From Collinsella sp. (GTDB lineage Bacteria > Actinomycetota > Coriobacteriia > Coriobacteriales > Coriobacteriaceae): 64,000 nt of DNA. Every line of letters begins with the position of its first letter. Position 1 is the first letter of the stretch. Positions 47,728 to 56,681 of this stretch are shown piece by piece. Position numbers and translations under genes: made by a program. Where the stretch lies: positions 15,456-79,455 of the forward strand of contig JAXJMV010000030.1 in assembly GCA_036312985.1 (NCBI GenBank). Direction: 5' to 3'. A model generated the notes under the pieces. The model worked only from the letters and a program-made list of their open reading frames with translations, made no database searches and was not told the origin of the DNA.

Positions 47728-47970
47728 GTGATGTACCCGTATATGACATTCGAAGACGGTACCGAGGTCGTTCATTCTGACCTGATTACAGATGGGGATA
47801 TCGAAAAGGTTGTCGTGCATTTTGAACGACCGACGGCAGAGGGCTTCGACTCCGCTCGCTGTGAGTTGCCTTCCTGTTCGTGGACTGACTGGGAAGGGCG
47901 TTTTACTCAGAGTGAAAAACGAGCTTTCGAAGAGTGTTTGAGCAAATCATTTAGATTAGTTCGAGTTTAG
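47728..47970 (+). CDS. Small hypothetical protein (MMYPYMTFEDGTEVVHS...), possibly 3'-truncated at the island border
   Basis: GAGGT RBS; sequence becomes AT-rich within its last codons. Confidence 0.6.
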   Translation: MMYPYMTFEDGTEVVHSDLITDGDIEKVVVHFERPTAEGFDSARCELPSCSWTDWEGRFTQSEKRAFEECLSKSFRLVRV

Positions 47971-48049
47971 TTCGAATATAGAAGCCGAATGCGATGACCT
48001 AAAGCGTATGCATTTTTAGTATTAGATGCGTATGAAATGGAGGATGTGA

Positions 48050-48331
48050 ATGGATGAGCTAATAGACTTTAAAAAACGATTTCTCAAGAATGGCGAGCTG
48101 GTTTCAATTCCAAAAAAGGAAAGCTATAAAAGAATCATGCTGCTATGGGCCGTCTCTTTCTTTGAATTAAATACAAGTTATACGGAGCTTCAGGTTAATC
48201 GTGTGCTGTCACAGCTCTATCCTGATTATGCCGTGTTGAGGCGGTACTTGGTTGATTATGGATTCCTATTAAGGGATGAGCGAGGCCTGAAATACGAGGT
48301 TAATCGTGATGTTCACGGTATTGAGAGCTAG
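48050..48331 (+). CDS. DUF2087 domain protein (winged-helix-like)
   Basis: SIPKK...YTELQVN..L...DYAVLRRYLVDYGFLLRD..G..Y; GGAGG RBS. Confidence 0.85.
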   Translation: MDELIDFKKRFLKNGELVSIPKKESYKRIMLLWAVSFFELNTSYTELQVNRVLSQLYPDYAVLRRYLVDYGFLLRDERGLKYEVNRDVHGIES

Positions 48332-49493
48332 CCGTCCGGTTCGGGTCCTATATATTGCTAGAGGGATAAGCGAAATAGGCAATTGGTGTGCGAATATTGC
48401 TTTGCCAATGCTGATTTACGAGGTAACTCACGATGTTTCTGCAACTGCTTTGATGGTCTGCTGCAGATTTGCCCCCTCTCTGTTTTCAGTTGCGCTCGCG
48501 CAGCTGCCTCAGAAGATGGGTATCGGGACACTGCAGGCCATGAGATTGGCAGACTTAATTCGCGCGGGATTATTCGTTTGCTATATTTTTGTTGATAGTA
48601 AATGGAGTATGTTTGCTATTACGTGCGCGGTATCGCTTTGCCGAACGGTTGAAATGCCCTGCTTTTACTCGTTGTTAAGAGCCAATACGAATAGTATCAA
48701 TCGCGACGTAATTAATAATTCGTTTGGGTTTCTGCAGAATTTGATGATGGTTCTGGGGCCAGTTGCCGGCGGTTTTGTTGTCGCTCAATTTGGGGCGGAG
48801 GCTGTTCTTGCATTAGACGCGCTTTCTTTTGCCGCGTCGTTCTGGTTGCTGCGAGATGTTCCGTCGGTTATCGAGGTTAATGATAAAGAGGGGATAAGCA
48901 AAAATGAAAAAAACAGGACTGCATTTAGTGATCTTAGCGCGAAGCACTTGGCAATTGGTTTCCTATTAATCGATATTTCTAGTGGTGTGGCATTCGGCTC
49001 TCTGAATTCTCTTTTGCCAGCTATTGCGCAATTGCAATTTGACTCGTCATCGATACAATACGGATTCCTTCAGAGTAGTCTTACAATCGGACTGTTGTTC
49101 GGAAATACAATATATGGTCGTTTAATTAGTGGTTCCGATTGCGTTAAATCATATTGTTTTGTGACGTATCTTGCGCTCGGTGCGTATCTGGCGTTTGGCT
49201 ATCGCTATGCGTCTGGGATATCGTTTATTTTCCTTTTTATCGTCGGTGCCGGAAACGCCATTCAAGATGTGCTTCTCATAACATCGCTGCAGGATTTGGC
49301 GAGAGACGAATCTGAATCGATAAGCCTGTTTTCAATTAGGGAGTCTTTGCAATCGGTTGCTGTTGTTATTTCAACACTCCTTGTTTCGCTGTTCACGAGC
49401 ATCGCGATGTTCTCAATTCTCGTTACAGGACTTGGTGTATTTTCAATTATGATGGTAGTTGTGTTTCAATTGAATTATTTGCGAAAGATGTGA
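48309..49493 (+). CDS. MFS transporter (DHA3/MefA-like exporter)
   Basis: ISEIGNW..IALP, ADLIRA, LGPVAGG, DALSFAAS; about 12 hydrophobic segments. Confidence 0.85.
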   Translation: MFTVLRASRPVRVLYIARGISEIGNWCANIALPMLIYEVTHDVSATALMVCCRFAPSLFSVALAQLPQKMGIGTLQAMRLADLIRAGLFVCYIFVDSKWSMFAITCAVSLCRTVEMPCFYSLLRANTNSINRDVINNSFGFLQNLMMVLGPVAGGFVVAQFGAEAVLALDALSFAASFWLLRDVPSVIEVNDKEGISKNEKNRTAFSDLSAKHLAIGFLLIDISSGVAFGSLNSLLPAIAQLQFDSSSIQYGFLQSSLTIGLLFGNTIYGRLISGSDCVKSYCFVTYLALGAYLAFGYRYASGISFIFLFIVGAGNAIQDVLLITSLQDLARDESESISLFSIRESLQSVAVVISTLLVSLFTSIAMFSILVTGLGVFSIMMVVVFQLNYLRKM

Positions 49494-49500
49494 CGTTGAT

Positions 49501-51821
49501 ATGCCTAAAACGCTTTTAGTATTTCCCCCAGGATGGAGTCCAGTGGGGCCGTATCTTGCCTTGCCTGTTTTGAAGTCATATCTTCAAGAGGTTGAACAAT
49601 ATAAAGTTGACATCATTGACTTAAACGTGGAATTTTACGATGACCTCCTATCTTATAGACATGTCGAAGAGTGCTGTAAAAGGTATCGGGAATCAAAGGA
49701 TTCGTTTAGTTCGAATGTTCAATTAACAATCGAGTTGATACAAAAGTCAGCACTTAATGTTGACGAGGCAAAAGATATTTTCAGATCGAAGAGATACTTT
49801 AATCTAAAAGAAAGACAATATGCTGAAAACATTTTTAGAAATGCACTCTATATCATAAATCACGTCTCATATGGAGTTAAATACACGTTCAACTCCATAG
49901 ATCTGCCCTATGATTATTATTCGACACCAGAAATAATGAAATCGCTTGCGGATACCTTGCATAATCCGTTTATTTCCTTCTATGAAATTGCCTTTCTTAA
50001 GCGTATTCAGAGGGAAAAATCGAGTTTATTGGGATTTCGGTGAGCGGCTGTTTCCAATTGATTTCTGCAGTTACGTTAGCGAAACTGATTAAAGAAGAAT
50101 GTCCATCTGTTAAACACGTCTCATTGGGCGGCAATTACATTACTCGTTTAGCAGATGACTGCATGAAAGAATGGCATCCCTTTTTTGAATACATTGATTC
50201 GATAATGATGTATGACGGCGAAGAGCCGCTTGCACGTCTTCTTGAGGCTCTTGACTCTGGTGATGACAATCTCGACTGTGTTCCAAACCTTTGCCATGCT
50301 AAAGGTGGAAAGATATATAAAAACCATCGGATTGAGCAAACATTTATCAACGATACAGTTCCCGATTTCGATGGCTTCGCCCTTTCTAAATACTTCATGC
50401 CTGAGTTAATATTGCCGGTTTATTCCTCTAGGCAGTGTTTTAATCATTGCGCCTTCTGCACCATTCCCGGTGCTACCGGTGGTTGTTACCGAAAGATGCC
50501 TATATCGAGAGTATTTGAAATAATGTGTCGGTTAAATGAAAAATACGGCACGAGAGTTTTCTCTTTTGTGGATGAAACATTCGAAGGCAAAAGAATGGAG
50601 CAACTCGCGGATGAAATAAACGCATCGGGAAAAACGTTTTTCTGGCATGGAGAAACGAGGTTCTCTCCAACCCTAAGTACAGACGTTTTCAACAAGATAT
50701 ACCAAAGTGGATGTAGGCAGATTCAGTTTGGCCTCGAGTCATACAACCAAAGAGTTCTTGATCTAATGAAGAAGAACACGAGAGTTGATTGGATTGATCG
50801 CAATATCCATGATTGTCTCAATGCGGGTATTCCTGTTCATCTATTCTTTATGATTGGCTTTCCGACCGAAACTAAAGAAGAGGCTCTGAACACCTTAGCT
50901 TATACAGAGAATGTTTTGAATTATTCAAAACAGGTATGTGGTGTTCCATATTCCACGAGAGGATTTACGAATTTTGGTCTCGTTATGGGGTCGGATGTTT
51001 GGAATCATCCCGATAAGTATGGTGTCTCTGTAATGCCGAAGTCCCAATATGAGGATTTGCGCCTCGAAGTGGATTATGTTTCAGGCACTGGTTTAACTTT
51101 AAATGAAGCAAAATCCTTATCTGATGAGCATCATATTGATTTTTATATGCAAGAAGTCATAAACGGTAGCGACACAATTGACTTGCCCCAGCGGCTTCAT
51201 ATTTCAGAGGTGACCTGGATCCTAGATTCTATTCACGCTGTCAGGTATAAGGGACATTTGACCAAAGTAAAGCGACGGCTGGCTAGTCTAAATCCAGCTG
51301 ATCGAATCTGGCTGGATTCCAAGACCTCTGTCGTGCTCGTTGAGCCATTTGCCTACTTCTATAATTCTGAATACCATCATGTCTATGCTGTTTCCCAGTT
51401 GGTATACCTTAAGTTGGCCCGTTTATTGGAGGCCGATTGTAGCATTTCTCTTATCCTTGATCAGGGCGATCTCGAGCTGACAAGGGCGATAGAAGAACTG
51501 TTGCATTATGGATTGCTGAATACAAATATCGATGCCGATTATGTAATGCACGATAATGGTTTTCAATTGGTTAAAAGTTCGTTTGTGAAAGAAGTCGGAC
51601 GCTCAAAAGAGGGGTTAAGAGTACTGCTGAGTTGTGCCACCCATAGAATGTGTGCGGTTAATGATTTTTCGTTCGCTTTGCTTTCGTTGTTTGAAAAGCC
51701 GATTTCTAAGAACGAGGTGCGCGACATTTTGAAAAAAGAGGGACTATCGGCAAGCGAGGAGCAATTAAACAAGTTGGTTGATAATTGCATGAAAGCAGAT
51801 ATACTACAATTGATTAGATAG
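49501..51821 (+). CDS. Cobalamin-binding radical SAM enzyme with C-terminal RRE-like domains, split by a 1-nt frameshift at 50015-50019
   Basis: LVFPP..PYLALPVLKSYL..DLN; restoring one A gives EKIEFIGISV..Q; LGGNY, YDGE, SRQCFNHCAFC (CX3CX2C), FVDE, GLES..QRVLDLMKK, IGFPTE. Confidence 0.88.
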
Positions 51822-51834
51822 AGGAGGTTTCTGC

Positions 51835-51945
51835 ATGGACGTTATTAACAAAGATCTCTTGGAGCAGCTGAAAGAGTTTCAGGAAGAGGGCGTCGTGGTA
51901 GAAGTGTTCGACTTTGAGGACTACATGGATAAATTCTGCCATTAG
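51835..51945 (+). CDS. Putative RiPP precursor peptide, 36 aa: MDVINKDLLEQLKEFQEEGVVVEVFDFEDYMDKFCH
   Basis: GAGGAGG RBS at 51821-51827 right after the rSAM stop; followed by a terminator; below the ORF-track length cutoff. Confidence 0.8.
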   Translation: MDVINKDLLEQLKEFQEEGVVVEVFDFEDYMDKFCH

Positions 51946-51969
51946 TTTCGGAATTTACTCGCCTCGCTT

Positions 51970-52003
51970 AAAGGAGAAGTCGATTATCGATTTCTCCTTT
52001 TTT
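51970..52003 (+). terminator. Intrinsic terminator closing the RiPP-like operon
   Basis: AAAGGAGAAGTCGA-TTA-TCGATTTCTCCTTT followed by further Ts. Confidence 0.85.
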
Positions 52004-52133
52004 AATTAAAGATATTTTTGAACTACATGCTCATAGCACAGGTTGGCCTCTCAGTAAACTGGGAGGTTGCTTTGGCTAGTTAGAGATATGTGAACGTCCG
52101 TTAGACTGAATCTCAGGGTAGAAGGGGCCTCCA

Positions 52134-54134
52134 GTGTCCAGATCAACAAGGCAATGCTGCGTTTCGGCTAATAAGAACGATGGCTTTTTGCGTGTGGCGG
52201 CGGCGTCGCCGCAGATTCGCGTGGCCGATGTCGAGGGCAATGCCGAGGTTGCGTTGGCGGCTGTTCGCGCGGCTGTCGAGCGCGGCGTTCGTGCTCTGGT
52301 GCTGCCCGAGCTTAACCTGACCGGTTATACCGCGGCCGATCTGTTCCATAACCGCACATTACTGCATGCCTGCGAGACCGCACTGGCACATATTCTCGAT
52401 GAAACCCGCGAGCTGCCGATTGTCTTCACCGTCGGTCTTCCCGTTGCGGTTGCCGAGAATATCTACAACTGCGCCGCCGTGTGCTGCGCGGGCGAGCTTT
52501 TGGGCCTTACGGCCAAGAAGTATCTGCCCAACTATGGTGAGTTCTATGAGCGCCGTTGGTTTGCTCCGGCGCCTGCGGATCCCGTGTGGGTTGAATTTGC
52601 CGGTCAGGGTCCGGTTCCGCTGGGTTCGGGGCTTGTCTACCGTTGCTGTGATGAGGGCGTCGAGGACCTGGTGTTGGGCGTTGAGGTTTGCGAGGACCTG
52701 TGGGTGCCAGCACCTCCTTCGACCGAGATGGCGCTTGCCGGTGCGACGGTGATTCTCAACCCGTCGGCCTCGGACGAGATTATCGGCAAGGCAGACTATC
52801 GCCGCAGCCTCATCTCCAATCAGAGTGCGCGCCTGTACTGCGCCTATGCCTATGCAGATGCGAGCGAGGGCGAGTCCACGACCGACATGGTCTTTGCGGG
52901 GGAGAACCTCGTCTACGAAAACGGTTCGAAGCTCGCCGCGACGAAGCTCCTCACTTGCGATATGGCCGTCGCCGACGTTGACCTTGACCGTCTGGTTGCC
53001 GAGCGCCGTCGCTCGACGACGTGGACGCGCGCGGACGATGCGCCGGAGGCCACGACCGTTGAGTTCTCTTTTGAGAGCACACTCTCCGAGGCTCCCGTCC
53101 TGCGCAACGCCTGCGACATCGACCGTGTCTTCCCCCGTGCGCCCTTTGTGCCGGCCGACCATGGCGACCTGGCCGAGCGTTGCGAGACCATCCTCGACCT
53201 GCAGACCGCCGGCCTTAAGACCCGCCTTGCCCATACGGGCACCAAGGCGGCCGTCATCGGCCTTTCGGGCGGTCTCGATTCCACGCTGGCGCTACTTGTG
53301 ACCGTGCGTGCCTTCGATACACTGGGGCTGCCGCGCACTGGTATCACAGCCGTGTCCATGCCCGGCTTCGGCACGACGCATCGCACCAAGTCGAATGCCG
53401 AGTCGCTCGCTCGCGACCTGGGTGTGAGCTTCCGCGAGGTTTCGATCCACGCGGCTGTGGAGCAGCACTTCAAGGACATTGAGCACGATCCGGCCGTCCA
53501 AGACGTGACCTACGAGAACAGCCAGGCGCGCGAGCGTACGCAGATTCTGATGGATCTGGCCAACCAGGCTGGCGGTTTTGTCATTGGCACGGGCGACCTG
53601 TCGGAGCTGGCGCTCGGCTGGGCTACCTATAACGGCGACCACATGAGCATGTACGCCGTCAACGCGAGCGTGCCCAAGACGCTTGTGCGCCATCTGGTGC
53701 GTTATGCTGCCGATGTCTTTGGCGGGCGTATTGCCGAGACGCTGCTCGATATCCTCGATACGCCGGTGTCCCCCGAGCTTCTGCCGCCCACGGGCGACGG
53801 CGAGATTGCGCAGAAGACCGAGGATTTGGTGGGCCCGTACGAGCTGCACGACTACTTCCTCTACTACCTGCTGCGTTTTGGCTTTGAGCCGGGCAAGATC
53901 TACCGCATGGCGCTCAAGAGCTTCGAGGGCGTCTACGACGCCAAGACCGTCCACACGTGGCTACGTACGTTCTACCGTCGCTTCTTTGCCCAGCAGTTTA
54001 AGCGCAGCTGCCTGCCCGATGGTCCCAAGGTGGGCTCGGTGACGCTCAGCCCGCGCGGCGATTGGCGCATGCCGAGTGACGCCAACTCGCGTCTGTGGCT
54101 TGCGCAGATCGACGCGCTCAATCCAGTTGACTAA
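52134..54134 (+). CDS. nadE: Glutamine-dependent NAD+ synthetase
   Basis: Nitrilase domain PEL..TGY, KYLPNY.EFYE, EVCEDLW; IGLSGGLDS, ENSQARER, GTGDLSE, QFKRSC. Confidence 0.96.
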   Translation: MSRSTRQCCVSANKNDGFLRVAAASPQIRVADVEGNAEVALAAVRAAVERGVRALVLPELNLTGYTAADLFHNRTLLHACETALAHILDETRELPIVFTVGLPVAVAENIYNCAAVCCAGELLGLTAKKYLPNYGEFYERRWFAPAPADPVWVEFAGQGPVPLGSGLVYRCCDEGVEDLVLGVEVCEDLWVPAPPSTEMALAGATVILNPSASDEIIGKADYRRSLISNQSARLYCAYAYADASEGESTTDMVFAGENLVYENGSKLAATKLLTCDMAVADVDLDRLVAERRRSTTWTRADDAPEATTVEFSFESTLSEAPVLRNACDIDRVFPRAPFVPADHGDLAERCETILDLQTAGLKTRLAHTGTKAAVIGLSGGLDSTLALLVTVRAFDTLGLPRTGITAVSMPGFGTTHRTKSNAESLARDLGVSFREVSIHAAVEQHFKDIEHDPAVQDVTYENSQARERTQILMDLANQAGGFVIGTGDLSELALGWATYNGDHMSMYAVNASVPKTLVRHLVRYAADVFGGRIAETLLDILDTPVSPELLPPTGDGEIAQKTEDLVGPYELHDYFLYYLLRFGFEPGKIYRMALKSFEGVYDAKTVHTWLRTFYRRFFAQQFKRSCLPDGPKVGSVTLSPRGDWRMPSDANSRLWLAQIDALNPVD

Positions 54135-54251
54135 GGTTGGCTAAATTGAACCAATACGGGGGTTGCAAGCGTTACACTTTTGCAATCTGATGGCCCGTAT
54201 CGCGCGGCGCTCTTGTCGGAGCGCCGCTTTTTTATATCGAAAGGTGGCACC

Positions 54252-55415
54252 ATGCAGGCATCGCAGCGTCTCGACCGCTTTGGCGCGGAGGTCTTCGCCT
54301 CGCTCAACAACAAGCTTCTCGCGCTGAAGGCTCAGGGCAAGACCATTTACAACATGAGCGTGGGCACGCCCGACTTTAAGCCGTACGACCACGTGGTCGA
54401 GGCGCTCACGCAGGCAGCCCAAGATCCCGAGATGTGGAAGTATGCCCTGCGCGACCTGCCCGAACTCAAGCAAGCCGTGTGCGATTACTATGAGCGTCGC
54501 TTTGGCGTTTCGGGCATTACGCCGTCTATGGTGCAGTCGTGCAACGGCACGCAGGAGGGCGTGGGCCATTTGGGCCTGGCCCTGCTCGATCCGGGTGACA
54601 CCATTCTGGTTCCCGATCCGTGCTACCCGGTCTTTGAGGCGGGTGCCAAGATCGCCGATGCCAAGCTCGAATACTATCCGCTGGTTGCCGAGCATAATTA
54701 CCTGCCCTATGTGGCGGGTATCGATCCCGAGGTGGCCGATCGTGCCAAGTATATGATCGTGTCGCTGCCCGCGAACCCGGTCGGCTCGGTGGGCACGCCC
54801 GAGATCTACGAGGAGATCATCACTTTCGCCCGCGAGCACGACCTGCTCATCGTTCACGACAACGCATACTCCGACATCGTGTTCGACGGCGAGCCGGGCG
54901 GCAGCTTCTTGCAGTATCCCGGCGCGCTCGAGGTGGGCGTGGAGTTCTTCTCGCTCTCCAAGTCGTTTAACGTCACCGGTGCCCGCATCGGCTTTTTGGT
55001 CGGTCGCGAGGATGTGGTCTCGGCCTTTGCCAAGCTGCGCGGCCAGATCGACTTTGGCATGTTCTTCCCGATCCAGAAGGCCGCCATCGCCTGCCTGAAC
55101 GGTCCGCGCGATGAGGTCGAGGCGCAGCGTCTGAAGTACCAGGAGCGCCGCGATGCCCTGTGCGACGGTCTTGAGGGCTTGGGCTGGGAGCGCCCCAACG
55201 CGCATGGCTCTATGTTTGTGTGGGCCAAGCTTCCCGGTGGCCGCACCGATTCCATGGCGTTTTGCGAGGAGCTTATGGAGAAGGCCGGCGTTGTGGTGAC
55301 GCCGGGCGCGAGCTTTGGTCCTTCGGGCGAGGGGCACGTGCGCATGGCGCTGGTCTTGCCGCCCGACCAGATCGCTTTGGCTGTCGAGGCCATTCGCGAG
55401 GCGGGCCTGTATTAG
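54252..55415 (+). CDS. Class I/II PLP aminotransferase (likely diaminopimelate-pathway aminotransferase)
   Basis: PDPCYP, PANP, HDNAY, SLSKSFNVTGARIG, GEGHVRMAL. Confidence 0.85.
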   Translation: MQASQRLDRFGAEVFASLNNKLLALKAQGKTIYNMSVGTPDFKPYDHVVEALTQAAQDPEMWKYALRDLPELKQAVCDYYERRFGVSGITPSMVQSCNGTQEGVGHLGLALLDPGDTILVPDPCYPVFEAGAKIADAKLEYYPLVAEHNYLPYVAGIDPEVADRAKYMIVSLPANPVGSVGTPEIYEEIITFAREHDLLIVHDNAYSDIVFDGEPGGSFLQYPGALEVGVEFFSLSKSFNVTGARIGFLVGREDVVSAFAKLRGQIDFGMFFPIQKAAIACLNGPRDEVEAQRLKYQERRDALCDGLEGLGWERPNAHGSMFVWAKLPGGRTDSMAFCEELMEKAGVVVTPGASFGPSGEGHVRMALVLPPDQIALAVEAIREAGLY

Positions 55416-55616
55416 AAACCTGTTTCGGCCCGTCAATAGCTCGAAACCGATTTCGTGCAGTTATTTTACGAATACTGCAAACAATTTCGGTAAACGGTCG
55501 ATTTTCGGCTGCGAATAGGGGCATAATCAAAGTCCCGATTGGATGTATTGGGATTACGACAAGCCGCTCGGGTCGTTCCCGGGCGGCTTGTTTGTGGAGA
55601 GAGATGGGAGTTTCTA

Positions 55617-56567
55617 ATGGTTAACGAGAAGAAGGTCGCTATTGTCGGCTGCGGTTTCGTCGGTTCGTCTTCGGCGTTCGCTCTGATGCAGAGCGGTCTG
55701 TTCTCCGAGATGGTCCTCATCGACGTGGACAAGAACCGCGCCGAGGGTGAGGCTCTGGATATCGCGCACGGCATGACGTTTGCCGAGCCGATGAAGATCT
55801 ACGCCGGCGATTATTCCGATGTCGCCGACGCCGCCATGATCGTCGTCACCGCTGGCGCTGCCCAGAAGCCCGGTGAGACCCGCCTGGACCTGGTCAACAA
55901 GAACGTTAACATCTTTAAGTCCATTATCCCCGAGATTAAGAAGTCCGGCTTCGACGGCATTCTGCTAATCGTCTCCAACCCGGTTGATGTTCTGACCTAT
56001 GCTGCCATCAAGATGTCCGGCCTGCCCGAGGGCCATGTCATCGGCTCCGGCACCGTGCTCGACACTGGCCGTCTGCAGCAGATGCTTGGTGCCCACGTCG
56101 AGGTTGACCCGCGCGATGTCCAGGCCTATGTCATGGGCGAGCACGGCGACTCCGAGTTTGTCGCTTGGTCCAGCGCTCAGGTTGCTGGCGTTCCGCTGAA
56201 CACCTTCTGCGAGCTTCACGGTCATCTGGAGCACGAGGCTGCCGAGAAGCGTATCGCCGAGGACGTCAAGAACTCCGCCTACACCATCATCGAGAAGAAG
56301 CACGCCACCTACTACGGCGTCGCCATGGCCGTCAAGCGCATCTGCACCGCTGTCATGCGCGATGAGCAGACCGTTCTGCCCGTTTCCTCGCTCATGGTGG
56401 GCGAGTATGGCCTGTCCGATCTGGCTATCTCCATGCCGACGGTCGTTGGCCGCGACGGCGTCGTCTGCCGCGTCCCCGTGCCGCTGAACGATGACGAGCA
56501 GCATGAGCTCACCGCCTCCGCCAAGGCCCTCAAGGACATCATCGACAGCGTCGACTTCTCCTGCTAA
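55617..56567 (+). CDS. ldh: L-lactate dehydrogenase
   Basis: IVGCGFVG, QKPGETRLDL, SNPVD, GTVLDTGR, GEHGDS, ATYYG. Confidence 0.96.
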   Translation: MVNEKKVAIVGCGFVGSSSAFALMQSGLFSEMVLIDVDKNRAEGEALDIAHGMTFAEPMKIYAGDYSDVADAAMIVVTAGAAQKPGETRLDLVNKNVNIFKSIIPEIKKSGFDGILLIVSNPVDVLTYAAIKMSGLPEGHVIGSGTVLDTGRLQQMLGAHVEVDPRDVQAYVMGEHGDSEFVAWSSAQVAGVPLNTFCELHGHLEHEAAEKRIAEDVKNSAYTIIEKKHATYYGVAMAVKRICTAVMRDEQTVLPVSSLMVGEYGLSDLAISMPTVVGRDGVVCRVPVPLNDDEQHELTASAKALKDIIDSVDFSC

Positions 56568-56597
56568 ATCAAGCTCGCTAGAGCGAAAAGCTACAAT

Positions 56598-56634
56598 GAA
56601 GGCGTCCGGGTCCACACGGCCCGGGCGCCTTTTT
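56598..56634 (+). terminator. Intrinsic terminator after ldh
   Basis: AAGGCGTCCGGGTC/GGCCCGGGCGCCTT followed by TTT. Confidence 0.75.
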
Positions 56635-56664
56635 GGTGCAAAGTAACCTGACCCCAATGCACCA
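56634..56664 (+). repeat. 31-bp REP-like hairpin repeat, copy 1
   Basis: TGGTGCA-AAGTAACCTGACCCCAA-TGCACCA; 28/31 identical to 57847-57877. Confidence 0.8.
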
Positions 56665-56681
56665 TAGTTGATGGGAGGGCC

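Larger units (their letters stand above)
47930..52030. mobile_element. AT-rich horizontally acquired island (approximate boundaries; no integrase or att site seen)
   Basis: Hand count: line 49741 has 21/60 G+C versus 40/60 for pgi line 22921; AT-ending codons dominate. Confidence 0.7.

Noticed and set aside
50011..50020. Canonical -1 programmed ribosomal frameshift heptamer
   Set aside because: In the reading frame the site is G_GAA_AAA, not a clean X_XXY_YYZ, and no clear stimulatory structure follows; kept only as an unresolved frameshift.
47930..52130. att sites or target-site duplication for the AT-rich island
   Set aside because: No convincing direct or inverted repeat pair was found at the two borders by eye.
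55416..55530. Nested imperfect inverted repeats between the aminotransferase gene and ldh
   Set aside because: Pairing is weak and interrupted, with no second copy in the window; not enough to call an element.
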